In this document: piece after piece, positions 1 to 9,940 of the stretch
Position numbering within the stretch: position 1 is the stretch's first letter
How the letters are laid out: each line of letters opens with the position of its first letter
Translations under genes and position numbers: made by a program
The notes under the pieces: model-generated
The model's database searches: none
Seen by the model: the letters and a program-made list of their open reading frames with translations, nothing else
What the model was told of the DNA's origin: nothing
DNA from: Actinomycetales bacterium
GTDB lineage: Bacteria > Actinomycetota > Actinomycetes > Actinomycetales > Cellulomonadaceae
Assembly: GCA_038223605.1 (NCBI GenBank)
Contig: JBBRGX010000001.1
Location: 26,953 to 90,952, forward strand
Reading direction: 5' to 3'
DNA: 64,000 bases

Positions 1-898
1 TCACCCGTTCACACAGGTTCGCGGCCAGTGCGCGGACTGCTCCGGGTGCCGAGTGCCAGCAGGCGGCCGCGCTCCGGCGCAGACAGGTTCGGACCACCCG
101 AGGTATCCGCCACCGTTCAGGTACCCGGCGCTGAGCTGGGCGAGGGTGAGTAGGGATACCCCGCCGTGGTTACCGGTCGCCTGGTCGAAGACCCCGTTCG
201 ACGTCACGAGCGTCTGGTCCCACTCGCAGGCCGGGCTGGCCTGCACGACAACCGAGGCGTGCCCCGCTGACCGCCCGGCATCGAAGAACACGAACGAGAC
301 CGACGGCGGGCACGCTTCTCCAGGGCGAAGCCGCCCAGTTGACCGCGGGCGGGCCCTGGTGGTCGGCCACCGCGTCCGGGTCCCCGATGGAGGGCTCACG
401 TAGAACCAGGCGAGCCAGACTCGGATACCGGTCGTGCGCGACAGCAGGTCAGGCCGGGAGACGTGCTGAGACTCGATCTCCGGCTGCAAGGGCAGCGGGG
501 CGCATCGTCCTCGCCGTCGCCCGGGTTGTCTGCCCGGGTTGTCTTCGGTGTGGCCGGTCACGGGGTCCACCATCCAGCCGAATGACGGAATCACCTAGAC
601 GTGCTCGTCCGTCGTGTTCCGGTCGCAGTCGGAGCGGCGGTTTGAGAAGCCGTAGCGGGCGCATCGCCGGTCAGTCGCGTGCAGCGGTAGGCACCGGGAT
701 GCGCCGGGGCGTGCGCGACGTCAACGACCTCTCCTCGACCGTGGGGTGCGGTCTGTTCGGCGTCGGCGCCGGACCCCGAGTTCGCGGTCGGGCTTGACCA
801 GGGGCCCGCCGTTCGCCCACTGACGCGCGTGCCACAAGCGCCCATGACTGGCGGGGCCGCCGTCAAAGCGGGACTTGACCTGGGAGCCGTGAGGGATA

Positions 899-930
899 GC
901 GTGTCTTGAGTCGCGTGTCTTGAGTCGCGT
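899..930. repeat. 14-bp tandem direct repeat (GCGTGTCTTGAGTC x2 plus partial third copy) upstream of hydrolase gene
   Basis: Reads gcgtgtcttgagtc gcgtgtcttgagtc gcgt at 899-930, about 90 nt upstream of the ATG at 1018. Confidence 0.75.
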
Positions 931-1017
931 GACGTGAGACACGTGGCATGTGACTCGGATCGAGGCGGGGCAACGATGCCGCGCCAGTCGTCGATCACGT
1001 CGATTGAAGGAGCACTC

Positions 1018-2571
1018 ATGAGAAGAATCCGTGGACCTGCCGGCGCACTGGCCGCCCTGGCACTGGCGGCGTCCGCCGTCGTCACGGTTGCCGGCGGGGC
1101 GAGCGCGGCGACCTCTGCGCCGAAGTCCGGCCCGGAGGTCGCGATCCCGCAGGTCACCGGCCCGCTGCCGGTCACAGCGCAGTCCTACCCGTTCGGCGCC
1201 GCCGACCATGAGCTGGTGCCGGAGAACCTCACGAAGGAGCACTACACCGAGCGGGAGTACCTGGTCAGCGGCACCGCGAACGTCTACACGTGGCCGACCA
1301 CGGGTCCGGCGGTCGTGCAGACCCCGGACGCGCCGTACACCACGCGGGTACTGGTGCGGATGCCCTCCACGGGTCACCGCTTCAGCGGCAATGTGGTGGT
1401 TGAGATGCTGAACCCGTCCAACCTGTTCGACCTCAACATCGGCTGGGCGGTCGCACACCGGCAGATGATCGACAACGGCGACGCCTGGGTGGGCATCACC
1501 GCGAAGCCGATCGCGATCGACGCGCTGAGGACCTTCGACCCGGCCCGGTACGCGTCGCTCTCGTTCGCGAACCCGCTGCCGCTGGACGACCCGCGCAACT
1601 GCGCCACCGTCGCGGCGGACAGCTCCCGCAGCACCGAGAACGGCCTGATCTGGGACGTGTACAGCCAGGTGGGCGCGTGGCTGAAGAGCTCCGCGGCCTC
1701 CAACCCGCTGCGGTACAGCCACCGCGCGAGCCAGGTCGAGCACGCCTACGGCTTCGGCTACTCCCAGACCGGCGGCTTCCTGGTGAACTACATCAACGCG
1801 GTGCACCCGCTCGTGGTGCAGTCCGCGAGCAAGCCGGTCTACGACGCGTACATCGTCGCGGTCGCAGGGGGAGCTTTCGCGGGGGCGTACCCGATGAACC
1901 AGTGCGAGCCGGCGCCACCCGCAACCGACGCACGGCGGCAGTTCAGCAACGTCGGGGTACCGATCATGCGCATCATGTCGCAGTCGGACTACCTGTTCGG
2001 CATCGGTGCTCGGCGCGCGGATAGCGACGTCCTCGGCGACAAGTATCGGCACTACGAGATGGCCGGCGCGGGCCACGCCACCCCGGACGAGCTGTACTAC
2101 TCGGCCGCCCCGGCCGACATCGTCAAGGCGGGCCGCACGGTGCCCCCGATGTCCTGCGACCAGGGTCCGCGCAGCCGGTTCCCCAGCTGGATCTTCTTCG
2201 ACGCCGCGCTGCGCAACCTGGACGCCTGGGTGCGCAAGGGCATCGCTCCGCCGCACGCCGACCCGATCCTTGTCCAGGACGGCGCGCCGGTGCTCGACCA
2301 GTACGGCAACGTGCAGGGCGGGCTGCGCTCGTCGTATCTCGACGTCCCGGTGAGCACCTGGCTAGGCACGTCCACGGGCGCGTCGTTCTGCTTCATCGCG
2401 GGCCATGAGGTGCCCTTCGCGCAATCCACGATCGACACGCTCTACTCGAACCACGGGGTCTACGTTCGGACGGTCGGCGCGGACCTGAGGTCACTGCAAC
2501 GGCAACGCTTCATCACCGCCGATGACTCCCGCTTGCTGTTCCGGGAGGCTGCCCGGTCCGACATCCCGTAG
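1018..2571 (+). CDS. Secreted alpha/beta-hydrolase domain protein
   Basis: GAAGGAG RBS before ATG 1018. Signal peptide MRRIRG...AGGASA. Nucleophile-elbow-like GYSQTG, plus YEMAGAGH and GNVQGGLR motifs typical of this hydrolase family. Confidence 0.8.
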   Translation: MRRIRGPAGALAALALAASAVVTVAGGASAATSAPKSGPEVAIPQVTGPLPVTAQSYPFGAADHELVPENLTKEHYTEREYLVSGTANVYTWPTTGPAVVQTPDAPYTTRVLVRMPSTGHRFSGNVVVEMLNPSNLFDLNIGWAVAHRQMIDNGDAWVGITAKPIAIDALRTFDPARYASLSFANPLPLDDPRNCATVAADSSRSTENGLIWDVYSQVGAWLKSSAASNPLRYSHRASQVEHAYGFGYSQTGGFLVNYINAVHPLVVQSASKPVYDAYIVAVAGGAFAGAYPMNQCEPAPPATDARRQFSNVGVPIMRIMSQSDYLFGIGARRADSDVLGDKYRHYEMAGAGHATPDELYYSAAPADIVKAGRTVPPMSCDQGPRSRFPSWIFFDAALRNLDAWVRKGIAPPHADPILVQDGAPVLDQYGNVQGGLRSSYLDVPVSTWLGTSTGASFCFIAGHEVPFAQSTIDTLYSNHGVYVRTVGADLRSLQRQRFITADDSRLLFREAARSDIP

Positions 2572-2624
2572 GTGGGTCGCGAGCCGAGGTAGGTAGCCGA
2601 GCTGGAAAGGTGTTCTGGAGATCG

Positions 2625-2658
2625 GGCTCCCCGCCCGGCTGGTTGCGGGCGGGGAGCC
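2625..2658 (+). terminator. Probable intrinsic terminator hairpin
   Basis: GGCTCCCCGCCCG-loop-CGGGCGGGGAGCC (13-bp stem) about 55 nt after the hydrolase stop. Confidence 0.7.
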
Positions 2659-3201
2659 TTGGCTTCGACGTCTGCTTGGGGTCGCTCCTCGGGCTCGGCG
2701 ACGTGCCGCGGGCTCGCCCCGTCAGGACCGCTGGTCGAGGGAGCCTGAGCGTGCCGCCGTAGGTCTGCCAGGCGCCGGCGTCGAAGAACTGCGCGACCGG
2801 CCTGTGGCCCTTGGTGGACCTGTTTCCTGACTGCGGCGGCCTCGATCTGGCCAGGACGCTTGCCCGGCGAGCGGTCGGCCGTGCCCGACCCCCGCCTCAC
2901 GATCTCGCCCGGTTCTGGTGCTCGGTCCTCGCCCACGAGGCCCGGGACGCCGATTGTGCGGAGCCATCCGTACGGAGACTGGGACTCGCGCGGACTGCTG
3001 CGAGGTGACCGCCCGAACCGACCCCCGCGCGTGTCACATCGTTCTGGTGATCCCGGTCCGAAATACGTGTCCTGACATACCCCAACGCGTACCCCAACGG
3101 CGTCCCGTCCGGCCATGTCCGGCACTGATCGTCGACAGTCGGACAACATCCTGACCTGTGCAGCGGCCCTCAGCGGACGTCCGCTCACACTGTTCCGGTG
3201 A

Positions 3202-3246
3202 CTGACACGGAAGAGGTCACTGGTTCGATCCCAGTATCGCCCACCA
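3202..3246 (+). mobile_element. att site: duplicated 3' half of tRNA-Val(GAC), end of an integrated element
   Basis: CTGACAC GGAAG AGGTC ACTGGTTCGATCCCAGT ATCGCCC ACCA comprises the anticodon loop, T-arm, 3' acceptor strand and CCA. There is no 5' acceptor strand (GGGCGAT) or D-arm upstream. Confidence 0.8.
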
Positions 3247-3711
3247 GCATTGCCGCAGTTCAGAGGCCGTTCCGAAGAGATCTGGGGCGGCCTTCGGCGT
3301 GTGGTGAGTGAGCATGGAGCAACGCACGCGGCAACGATTCGCCCGAGAAGTGACCGCGGTCGCGGCAGAACGGCACACGCTCCGCGAACAAGGCCTGAGC
3401 CGCCGAGGCGATGTCGCCGCTCACGTGCCCGTTGACGTCGCCCGTGACCCCGATGCCGGCGTGGCCGCGCGGGGGTGACGCCTTCGTGCGACCGAGCGAG
3501 GTCACCGACGGCCTGTGCGGCGTGGTCCCGACGACCACGCATCCCTGACGCACCACCTCGTCCTCCAGCTGCTCGAACCGTGGTGATCGTGGAACCGGGA
3601 GAACACCGCCGCGTCGAGCCCCGCAGACGCACTCCTGAGCCTCGCCCCGATCCGTCGGTGCCCGGGCCAGGCAGGCCAGGAGAGAGCCGCACGACGGATC
3701 GTCCGGGGCAC

Positions 3712-5325
3712 CTAGCGCAGTGTCGGATCCGATCCCGGCGGTGGCAGCTCGCCCAGCAGGAAGTCCGCGGCGTGGTCGGCGAGTGCCGCGCCGGCAGAGC
3801 CATAGAGGTGGAAGACGGCGTCGGCGTCGCGCCGACGCAGCTCGACGGCGTCGTCGTCGTAGCGCGCCACCGCAGCGACCCGGCCGGTGAAGCCCGCCGC
3901 CTTCAGCCGGGCGAGCGCGATGAGGTTCGCCTTGTGAAACGGCATCGCGAGCACCGCGACCCGCACGCTACCGGCACGCTCGACGCGGTTCCAGAACTCC
4001 AGGTCGGTGGCGTCAGCACGGAAGGTGTCGAAGCCGTGCTCGTCCAGCTCGGCGATCCGGAGCTCGTCGTGCTCGACTCCGACGACCTTGAGCCCGTACT
4101 CGTCGCGGAGCCGGGTGTAGGTGGCCGCGCCTATCCGGCCGAGCCCGAGCACCACGGCGTCGGCCTCCCCGATGTCGACGAGCCGGTCGTCCGGGTGCAG
4201 CACGGCGTTTCCGTGGTGCGGGAGGAGCGGCACGAGCCTGGTTGCGATCTCGATCCCGCGCCGGTTGACGATCGCGGCGAGCACGAAGCTCAGCGCCACG
4301 GCGAGCGCGATCACCACGACCCAGTCCTCGCCGAGAAGCCCGTTGCTCGCGCCCACCGCAGCGACGATGATGCCGAACTCGGAGAAGTTGGCCAGCACCA
4401 GCCCGGCCAGGAATGCGGTGCGCCGCCGCAGCCGCATCATCCAGAGCAGCACCGCGTAGGCCGCGACCTGGACGGGGAGCATGAGCAGCAGAAGAAGTGC
4501 GATCACCAGCTGGGCCACGGTCGGGATGCCGTGCAGGCCGATCTCGAGGAAGAAGCCCACGAGCATGAGGTCCTTGAAGGTCATCAGGGACCGGGACAGG
4601 TCACCGGCATGCGGGTGGCGCGCCAGCAGGATGCCGACCACCAGTGCCCCGACCTCGCCAGAGATGCCGACCGCCTCGAACAGCGCGTAGCCCAGGCCCA
4701 CTGCGACCATCACGCCGAACAGAGCCTGCAGCTCGCCGTGCCCGACCAGGTTCCAGAGCCGGTGCAGCACCCAGGCGCCCGGCACGAGCAGCAGCAGCGC
4801 GAACGCCCAAGGGCTCGGCACGGAACCGCCGGCAAGGCTCATGAACCCCACGGCCGCGACGTCCTGGACGATGAGCACGCCGACCGCGATCCGCCCGTAC
4901 AGGCTCCGCGCGTCCGAGCGCTCCTCCAGCACCTTGACGACGAAGACGGTGGAGGAGAAAGACAGCGCGAAGCCGATGAGGGCCATCGCGCCGACGGACT
5001 CCTGGGCCACCAGTGCGGCACCGAGCACCGCGAGCAGCCCGAGAAACCCGACCCCTATCGCGACGCTGAACACCAGGTGCACCGTGGTGGTCAGCCAGAC
5101 CTCGCGCCGCAGCAGGAAGCGGGGGTCGAGCTTGAGCCCGATCGCGAAGAGCAGCAGCACCACACCGAGGTCGGCGACGGTGGGCAGGTAAGGCAGCTCG
5201 GGGGCGCCGACAGCTCCGAGGGCGAACCCTGCGACGAGGAACCCGACCAAGGGCGGTAGGCGCAGCAGCACCGCGGCGAGCCCACCCACGAACGCGACCG
5301 CCAGGTAGAGCGCCGCTACCGTCAT
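3712..5325 (-). CDS. Cation:proton antiporter (CPA2/KefC-like) with C-terminal TrkA-N/KTN domain
   Basis: Many TM helices with LLLFAIGL, FSSTVFVVK and GVLIVQD motifs; C-terminal Rossmann GLGRIG. GGAGGAGG RBS before ATG 5325. Confidence 0.9.
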   Translation of the reverse strand: MTVAALYLAVAFVGGLAAVLLRLPPLVGFLVAGFALGAVGAPELPYLPTVADLGVVLLLFAIGLKLDPRFLLRREVWLTTTVHLVFSVAIGVGFLGLLAVLGAALVAQESVGAMALIGFALSFSSTVFVVKVLEERSDARSLYGRIAVGVLIVQDVAAVGFMSLAGGSVPSPWAFALLLLVPGAWVLHRLWNLVGHGELQALFGVMVAVGLGYALFEAVGISGEVGALVVGILLARHPHAGDLSRSLMTFKDLMLVGFFLEIGLHGIPTVAQLVIALLLLLMLPVQVAAYAVLLWMMRLRRRTAFLAGLVLANFSEFGIIVAAVGASNGLLGEDWVVVIALAVALSFVLAAIVNRRGIEIATRLVPLLPHHGNAVLHPDDRLVDIGEADAVVLGLGRIGAATYTRLRDEYGLKVVGVEHDELRIAELDEHGFDTFRADATDLEFWNRVERAGSVRVAVLAMPFHKANLIALARLKAAGFTGRVAAVARYDDDAVELRRRDADAVFHLYGSAGAALADHAADFLLGELPPPGSDPTLR

Positions 5326-5646
5326 CGGCCTCCTCCGCCAGGCCCCGGGTCGGGCACAGCCCGGTCTCTGCGACCAGTATGGTCGTCCGCCCGGCCCGGA
5401 ACGGTGGTCAAGAGGATGGCGCCAGGGAGACACGGGTCACCAACGACGTCGGCATCGCCCCGCTGCACAGCGACCGGTGCACCTGGTCAGCCGAGGACGA
5501 GAAGGACGTCGCGCCATCACCCGACTCGGGCACGGGCGTGGCCGGCCGACGACGCAGGCGCCGCCGCGGATCCTCTCAACACGCCCCTGGTCGTGTCGAT
5601 CATGTGGCCGGACGGCTCCGCCGGCCCCGAGGAGAGGTAGTGCCAG

Positions 5647-6198
5647 GTGCGTGCGTCGAGCGTTCGTCCCACCGGTGTCGAGCGGACGTTCGGTGAGGAC
5701 GAGATCATCGTGTCCAAGACCGACGACAAGGGCCGGATCACGTATGCCAACTCGGTCTTTCTTCGGGTCTCCGCGTATCACGAGGACGAGGTCCTCGGTC
5801 AGCCGCACAGCCTGATCCGCCACCCGGACATGCCTCGGACCATCTTCGCGCTGCTGTGGGAGACGATCCAGTCCGGCGAGGAGATCTTCACCTACGTCAA
5901 CAACCTGGCCGCGGACGGTGCGCACTACTGGGTTCTCGCGCACGTCACGCCGTCGCGAACGGCTTCCGGCGCGAGCACGGGCTATCACTCCAACCGGCGC
6001 AGTCCTGGACGCGGCGCGGTCGCGGGCGTCGACGCCCTGTACCGCCGCCTGGTCGCAGAGGAGCGCAAGCATGCGCGACCAGCAGACGCGATGAGCGCCT
6101 CGCGCCTTCTGCTGGAGGGCGAGCTCGCGTCGCTGTCGATGACCTACGACGAGTTCGCGTGGAACCTCGTCGAGCACGACGGGCTGGTCACGCTGTGA
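5647..6198 (+). CDS. Stand-alone Aer-type PAS (FAD-binding) sensor protein
   Basis: IVSKTDDKGRITYAN, GQPHSLIRHPDMP, LWETIQSG and YWV...YHSNRR match the Aer/CetB PAS signature. Confidence 0.88.
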   Translation: MRASSVRPTGVERTFGEDEIIVSKTDDKGRITYANSVFLRVSAYHEDEVLGQPHSLIRHPDMPRTIFALLWETIQSGEEIFTYVNNLAADGAHYWVLAHVTPSRTASGASTGYHSNRRSPGRGAVAGVDALYRRLVAEERKHARPADAMSASRLLLEGELASLSMTYDEFAWNLVEHDGLVTL

Positions 6199-7100
6199 GG
6201 CGCCGTGGGACCAGCGCGGAGATCGCGGCATGTCGAGAGGAGCTCGATCACTACCGGAAGGCCGTCGGCACCCTCACCGAGGCCTTCGGGCAGGTGGCGG
6301 GCGGGAACCTGGAGGCTCGCATCGCCCCCTTGTTCGGGCCGCCGGAGCTCAGCTCTCTGCGCGCGGACGTGAATCGCAGCCTCGACCTGATGGACGCGTT
6401 CGTCCGTGAGTCCGGGGCCACCCTGACGGCGGCCGCCGAGGGGCGCTACCACCGCCAGTTCCTGGTCGCAGGCATGCCGGGCACCTTCCGTGACAGCGCC
6501 CGGCGGATCAACACGGCCCGCGAGTCGATGCGCGGGGCCGCGGCAGCTCTCGACGCACAGAACGCCACCCGTCAGCTCATGGTCGACAAGGCCATCGAGG
6601 TCTCCATGCACGTCGCCGCCGCATCGACAGAGCTGGGCGCCTCCGCGCAGGTCCTGGCGGCGTCTGCCCGCTCGGGAGTCCAGGAGGCGACCGCCGCGTT
6701 GGGCACCGTCAGGGAGCTCGAGCTCTCGGCCAAGGAGATCCAGCAGGCAGTGCTGCTGATCAAGAGCGTCGCCTCGCAGACGCGACTCCTCGCGCTGAAC
6801 GCCACCATCGAGGCGGCCCGGGCCGGCGAGTTCGGACGCGGGTTCGCTGTCGTCGCCGCTGAGGTCAAGACCCTCGCGGACGAGTCGGCCCACTCCTCCG
6901 ACGACATCACCACCCAGGTGGCCTCGTCCTACGCAGCCACCGAAGGGGCCGTCCAGGCGATCGGCCGCGTCGCCGGCGTCATCCACGAGATGAACGACCA
7001 GATCGACGCCATCGCTCAGGCCGCAGGCGGAGCTCAAGGCTTGTCGGAGCTCGCTGAGATGCTGCACCTCGACATCGCCAGCTTCGCGGCGCAGCACTGA
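6195..7100 (+). CDS. Soluble methyl-accepting chemotaxis protein
   Basis: MCP hairpin QTRLLALNATIEAARAGEFGRGFAVVAAEVKTLA. GTG start overlaps the PAS gene stop (GTGA). No TM segment seen. Confidence 0.9.
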   Translation: MRRRGTSAEIAACREELDHYRKAVGTLTEAFGQVAGGNLEARIAPLFGPPELSSLRADVNRSLDLMDAFVRESGATLTAAAEGRYHRQFLVAGMPGTFRDSARRINTARESMRGAAAALDAQNATRQLMVDKAIEVSMHVAAASTELGASAQVLAASARSGVQEATAALGTVRELELSAKEIQQAVLLIKSVASQTRLLALNATIEAARAGEFGRGFAVVAAEVKTLADESAHSSDDITTQVASSYAATEGAVQAIGRVAGVIHEMNDQIDAIAQAAGGAQGLSELAEMLHLDIASFAAQH

Positions 7101-7164
7101 TCCCCGCGCACCTCCCGCCTCGAGCGCAGCCCCGGGGAGCGCTGCGCGGCACCAGGCCCTGGAC

Positions 7165-8853
7165 TCACAGCAACGGGAGGATCTGCTCGCGCACCTGCTT
7201 GCGCAGGATCTTGCCGAGCATCGAGCGCGGCGTGTCCTGGATCGGCACGATCCGGCGGGGGACCTTGTACGCCGCGAGGAGGCCACGGCAGTGCGCCCGC
7301 AGCGCTTCCTCGTCGAAGCTCGCACTCGGTTCGAGCTCGACCGCAGCGATGACCATCTCCCCACCCCGCTCGAGCGGCTTGCCGACGACGGCGGCGTCGG
7401 TGACGGACGGGTGGAGTCGCAGGACCGCCTCCACCTCGGACGGCGACACGTTGAAGCCGCCGGTGATGATGAGCTCCTTGACGCGGTCCACGATCGTGGT
7501 GAAACCGTCGGCATCCACCGTGACGATGTCGCCGGTGCGCAGCCACCCCTCGGGCAGCAGGGTCTTCGCGGACTCCTCCGGGTCCTTCCAGTAGCCCTGG
7601 AAGACCTGGGGACCCTTGAGCAGCAGCTCGCCGGGCTGTCCCTGAAGCACCGGCGTGGTCGGGTCCTCGGGGTCGACGACCCGCATCTGCGTCGACGGGA
7701 ATGGCACGCCGATCGTGCCGGTGCGCCGGGTGGGGAAGAACGGGTTGCCCAGGGCGACGGGTGAGGTCTCGGTCATGCCGTAGCCCTCGACCAGCAGGCC
7801 GCCGGACATCGACTCCCACAGCTCCACGACCTGGTTGGGCAGGTTCATCGCCCCGGAGATGCAGAACCTGCACGACCGCAGCGAGATCCCTCGCTCCTTG
7901 GCTGCCATCGCTGTGCGCTCATAGATGGGCGGCACGGCGCAGAACACCGTCGCCGGCGACTTCTTCATCGCGTCGAGGACGAGGCCGGGGTCGAACTTCG
8001 GGAAGATCACGAGCAGTGCCTGCTTGCGGATCCCGTAGGTGAGGTAGAGCGTCATGCCGAACGCGTGGAACATCGGCAGGATCGCGTAGAAGATCTCCTT
8101 GCGGTACTCCGCCCCGTGCATCCACGCCTCGCCCTGCAGGGCGTTGGCGTACAGGTTGAGGTGGCTGAGCATGGCGCCCTTGGGCCGGCCGGTCGTCCCT
8201 GAGGTGTACTGGATGGCCGCCAGGTCGTCGACGCTCGGGCGCGGGTGAGCCGGATCGACCGGCCCGTGGGTGAGCAGGCGCTTCCAGGAGATCGTGCCCG
8301 GCGCCGGGGCGGTCAGCTCCTCGCGCGTCCTGCGCAGCCTGGGCACGGGCAGATGGAGGGCGAGGCGGGTGAGCGGCGGGAAGGCATCGAGCAGGTTGAC
8401 CGAGATGATGTGGTCGATCTCGATGTCGGACGGAAAGGCGCGCAGGGCGGGAACGGTCTTGTCCCAGGCGATCACCACGCGGGCCTGGTGATCCTCGAAC
8501 TGGTGGCGCAGCTCGCGCGAGGTGTACAGCGGGTTGTGCTCGACGACGACGGCGCCCAGTCGCAGCACGGCATAGAAGGCGACGACATGCTGAGGGCAGT
8601 TCGGCAGCAGCAGCGCCACACGGTCACCGGCCCGCACGCCGAGCAGGCGAAGGCCCTCCGCGACCCGGTCGATCTGGTCACCGAGCTCGGCATAGCTCGT
8701 CCGACGACCGAAGAACTCCGTCGCCGGGTGGCTCCCGGCCTCGGCGACCGACTGTTCGAGCATCGCCACCAGGGACTGGGTCGGCAGCTCGATCTCCGCC
8801 GGCACTCCCGGTTGGTAGTTCTTCACCCAGGGCCGCGTCTCCGTGTCTGCCAT
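7165..8853 (-). CDS. fadD: Long-chain fatty acid--CoA ligase
   Basis: AMP-binding motifs YTSGTTGRPKG, EGYGMTE, TGD, DRVKELI and GKILRK. Confidence 0.9.
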   Translation of the reverse strand: MADTETRPWVKNYQPGVPAEIELPTQSLVAMLEQSVAEAGSHPATEFFGRRTSYAELGDQIDRVAEGLRLLGVRAGDRVALLLPNCPQHVVAFYAVLRLGAVVVEHNPLYTSRELRHQFEDHQARVVIAWDKTVPALRAFPSDIEIDHIISVNLLDAFPPLTRLALHLPVPRLRRTREELTAPAPGTISWKRLLTHGPVDPAHPRPSVDDLAAIQYTSGTTGRPKGAMLSHLNLYANALQGEAWMHGAEYRKEIFYAILPMFHAFGMTLYLTYGIRKQALLVIFPKFDPGLVLDAMKKSPATVFCAVPPIYERTAMAAKERGISLRSCRFCISGAMNLPNQVVELWESMSGGLLVEGYGMTETSPVALGNPFFPTRRTGTIGVPFPSTQMRVVDPEDPTTPVLQGQPGELLLKGPQVFQGYWKDPEESAKTLLPEGWLRTGDIVTVDADGFTTIVDRVKELIITGGFNVSPSEVEAVLRLHPSVTDAAVVGKPLERGGEMVIAAVELEPSASFDEEALRAHCRGLLAAYKVPRRIVPIQDTPRSMLGKILRKQVREQILPLL

Positions 8854-9175
8854 CCCACCATCTTGGCGTAGTCACCGGGCCGGGCCGCGTCTCCGTGTCT
8901 GCCGGCGGCCGCACGGCGGAACGAGACCGGCGCCGCGGGCTGACCGGGTGACGATCTTGGCCACGCAGGAGACGGTCGTCCGACCCTCGGGTCGTCCAGG
9001 AGCTTCTCCGCAGTTCAGAGGCCGTTCCGACCCGCCCTGGTGCTTCCTTCGTCCGCGCGGTGGCCCCGAGTCCCTTCATCGTGCACACCGGATCCTCACA
9101 ACGGCGCCCGGCGCTGAGGGCGACGGGGTGGGACGATGCTCGGGTGCGCACCCCCGTGAGCCGGACACCCGCCGG

Positions 9176-9910
9176 ATGAGCCTCGCGGTGGCCGAGCGCC
9201 CGACCCGGATCCCCATCCCTGCCTTTCTTGCCACCGGCCTCGTCGTCGTGGCGCTCGTGACGCTGAACGTCGCCCAGCACCTGCTGAGCAGCATGACGTG
9301 GCTGGGCCCGGTCGCGGCAGTCGTCCTCGTGGTCTTCGCCCGGTGGAGCGGGCTGAGCTGGTCGCAGCTCGGCCTGCACCGCGACCGGCTCCGATCCGGG
9401 GCCGCCTGGGGGCTCGGCGCCATCGGCGTGGTCGCCCTCGTCTACCTGGGCGGTGTGCTCCTGCCGCTCACCCGACCGGCATTCCTGGACGCGCGCTACC
9501 ACCTGAGCCTGCACGGTGCCCTCGTCACGGCGTTCGTCGTCATCCCGCTCGGCACGATCATGCTCGAGGAGGTCGCGTTCCGCTCGGTCCTCTGGGGGAT
9601 GCTCTCGCGCCACTCCACCACGTGGCGCGTGCTCCTCACCTCCTCCGCCCTGTTCGGGCTGTGGCACATCCTGCCCTCGCTGCACCTCGCCACGGCCAAC
9701 CAGGGGATCGGGGACGCGGTACGGGGCGCCGGAGCCGCCGCTGGCGTGCTCGTGATCGGCGGGATCGTCGCGTTCACCGCCCTGGGGGGTGTCGTGGCAG
9801 GAGAGCTGCGTCGCCGGAGCGGGAGCGTGCTCGCCAGCGCCGGCATGCACTGGGCAACCAACAGCCTCGGCGTGCTCTTCGGGCTCGTCGCCTGGCACCT
9901 CGTCGGCTGA
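9176..9910 (+). CDS. CPBP (CAAX/Abi) family intramembrane glutamic endopeptidase
   Basis: EEVAFRS, FGLWH and HWATN motifs; hydrophobic. Start uncertain. Confidence 0.85.
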   Translation: MSLAVAERPTRIPIPAFLATGLVVVALVTLNVAQHLLSSMTWLGPVAAVVLVVFARWSGLSWSQLGLHRDRLRSGAAWGLGAIGVVALVYLGGVLLPLTRPAFLDARYHLSLHGALVTAFVVIPLGTIMLEEVAFRSVLWGMLSRHSTTWRVLLTSSALFGLWHILPSLHLATANQGIGDAVRGAGAAAGVLVIGGIVAFTALGGVVAGELRRRSGSVLASAGMHWATNSLGVLFGLVAWHLVG

Positions 9911-9940
9911 ACCGCACGACCGAGCCCGAGGGAGGCAGCC

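Noticed and set aside
1-594. 197-aa minus-strand ORF
   Set aside because: The N-terminal half is Arg/Pro-rich shadow-like sequence with no recognisable motif. It may be a decayed fragment but cannot be supported.
2811-3008. VDLFPDCGGLDLA resembling C5 DNA methyltransferase motif I
   Set aside because: FxGxG is broken and no downstream PC or ENV motifs follow; a chance match or an unprovable relic.
3170-3246. Intact tRNA-Val gene
   Set aside because: No 5' acceptor strand complementary to ATCGCCC and no D-arm; only the 3' half is present, so it is called an att site.
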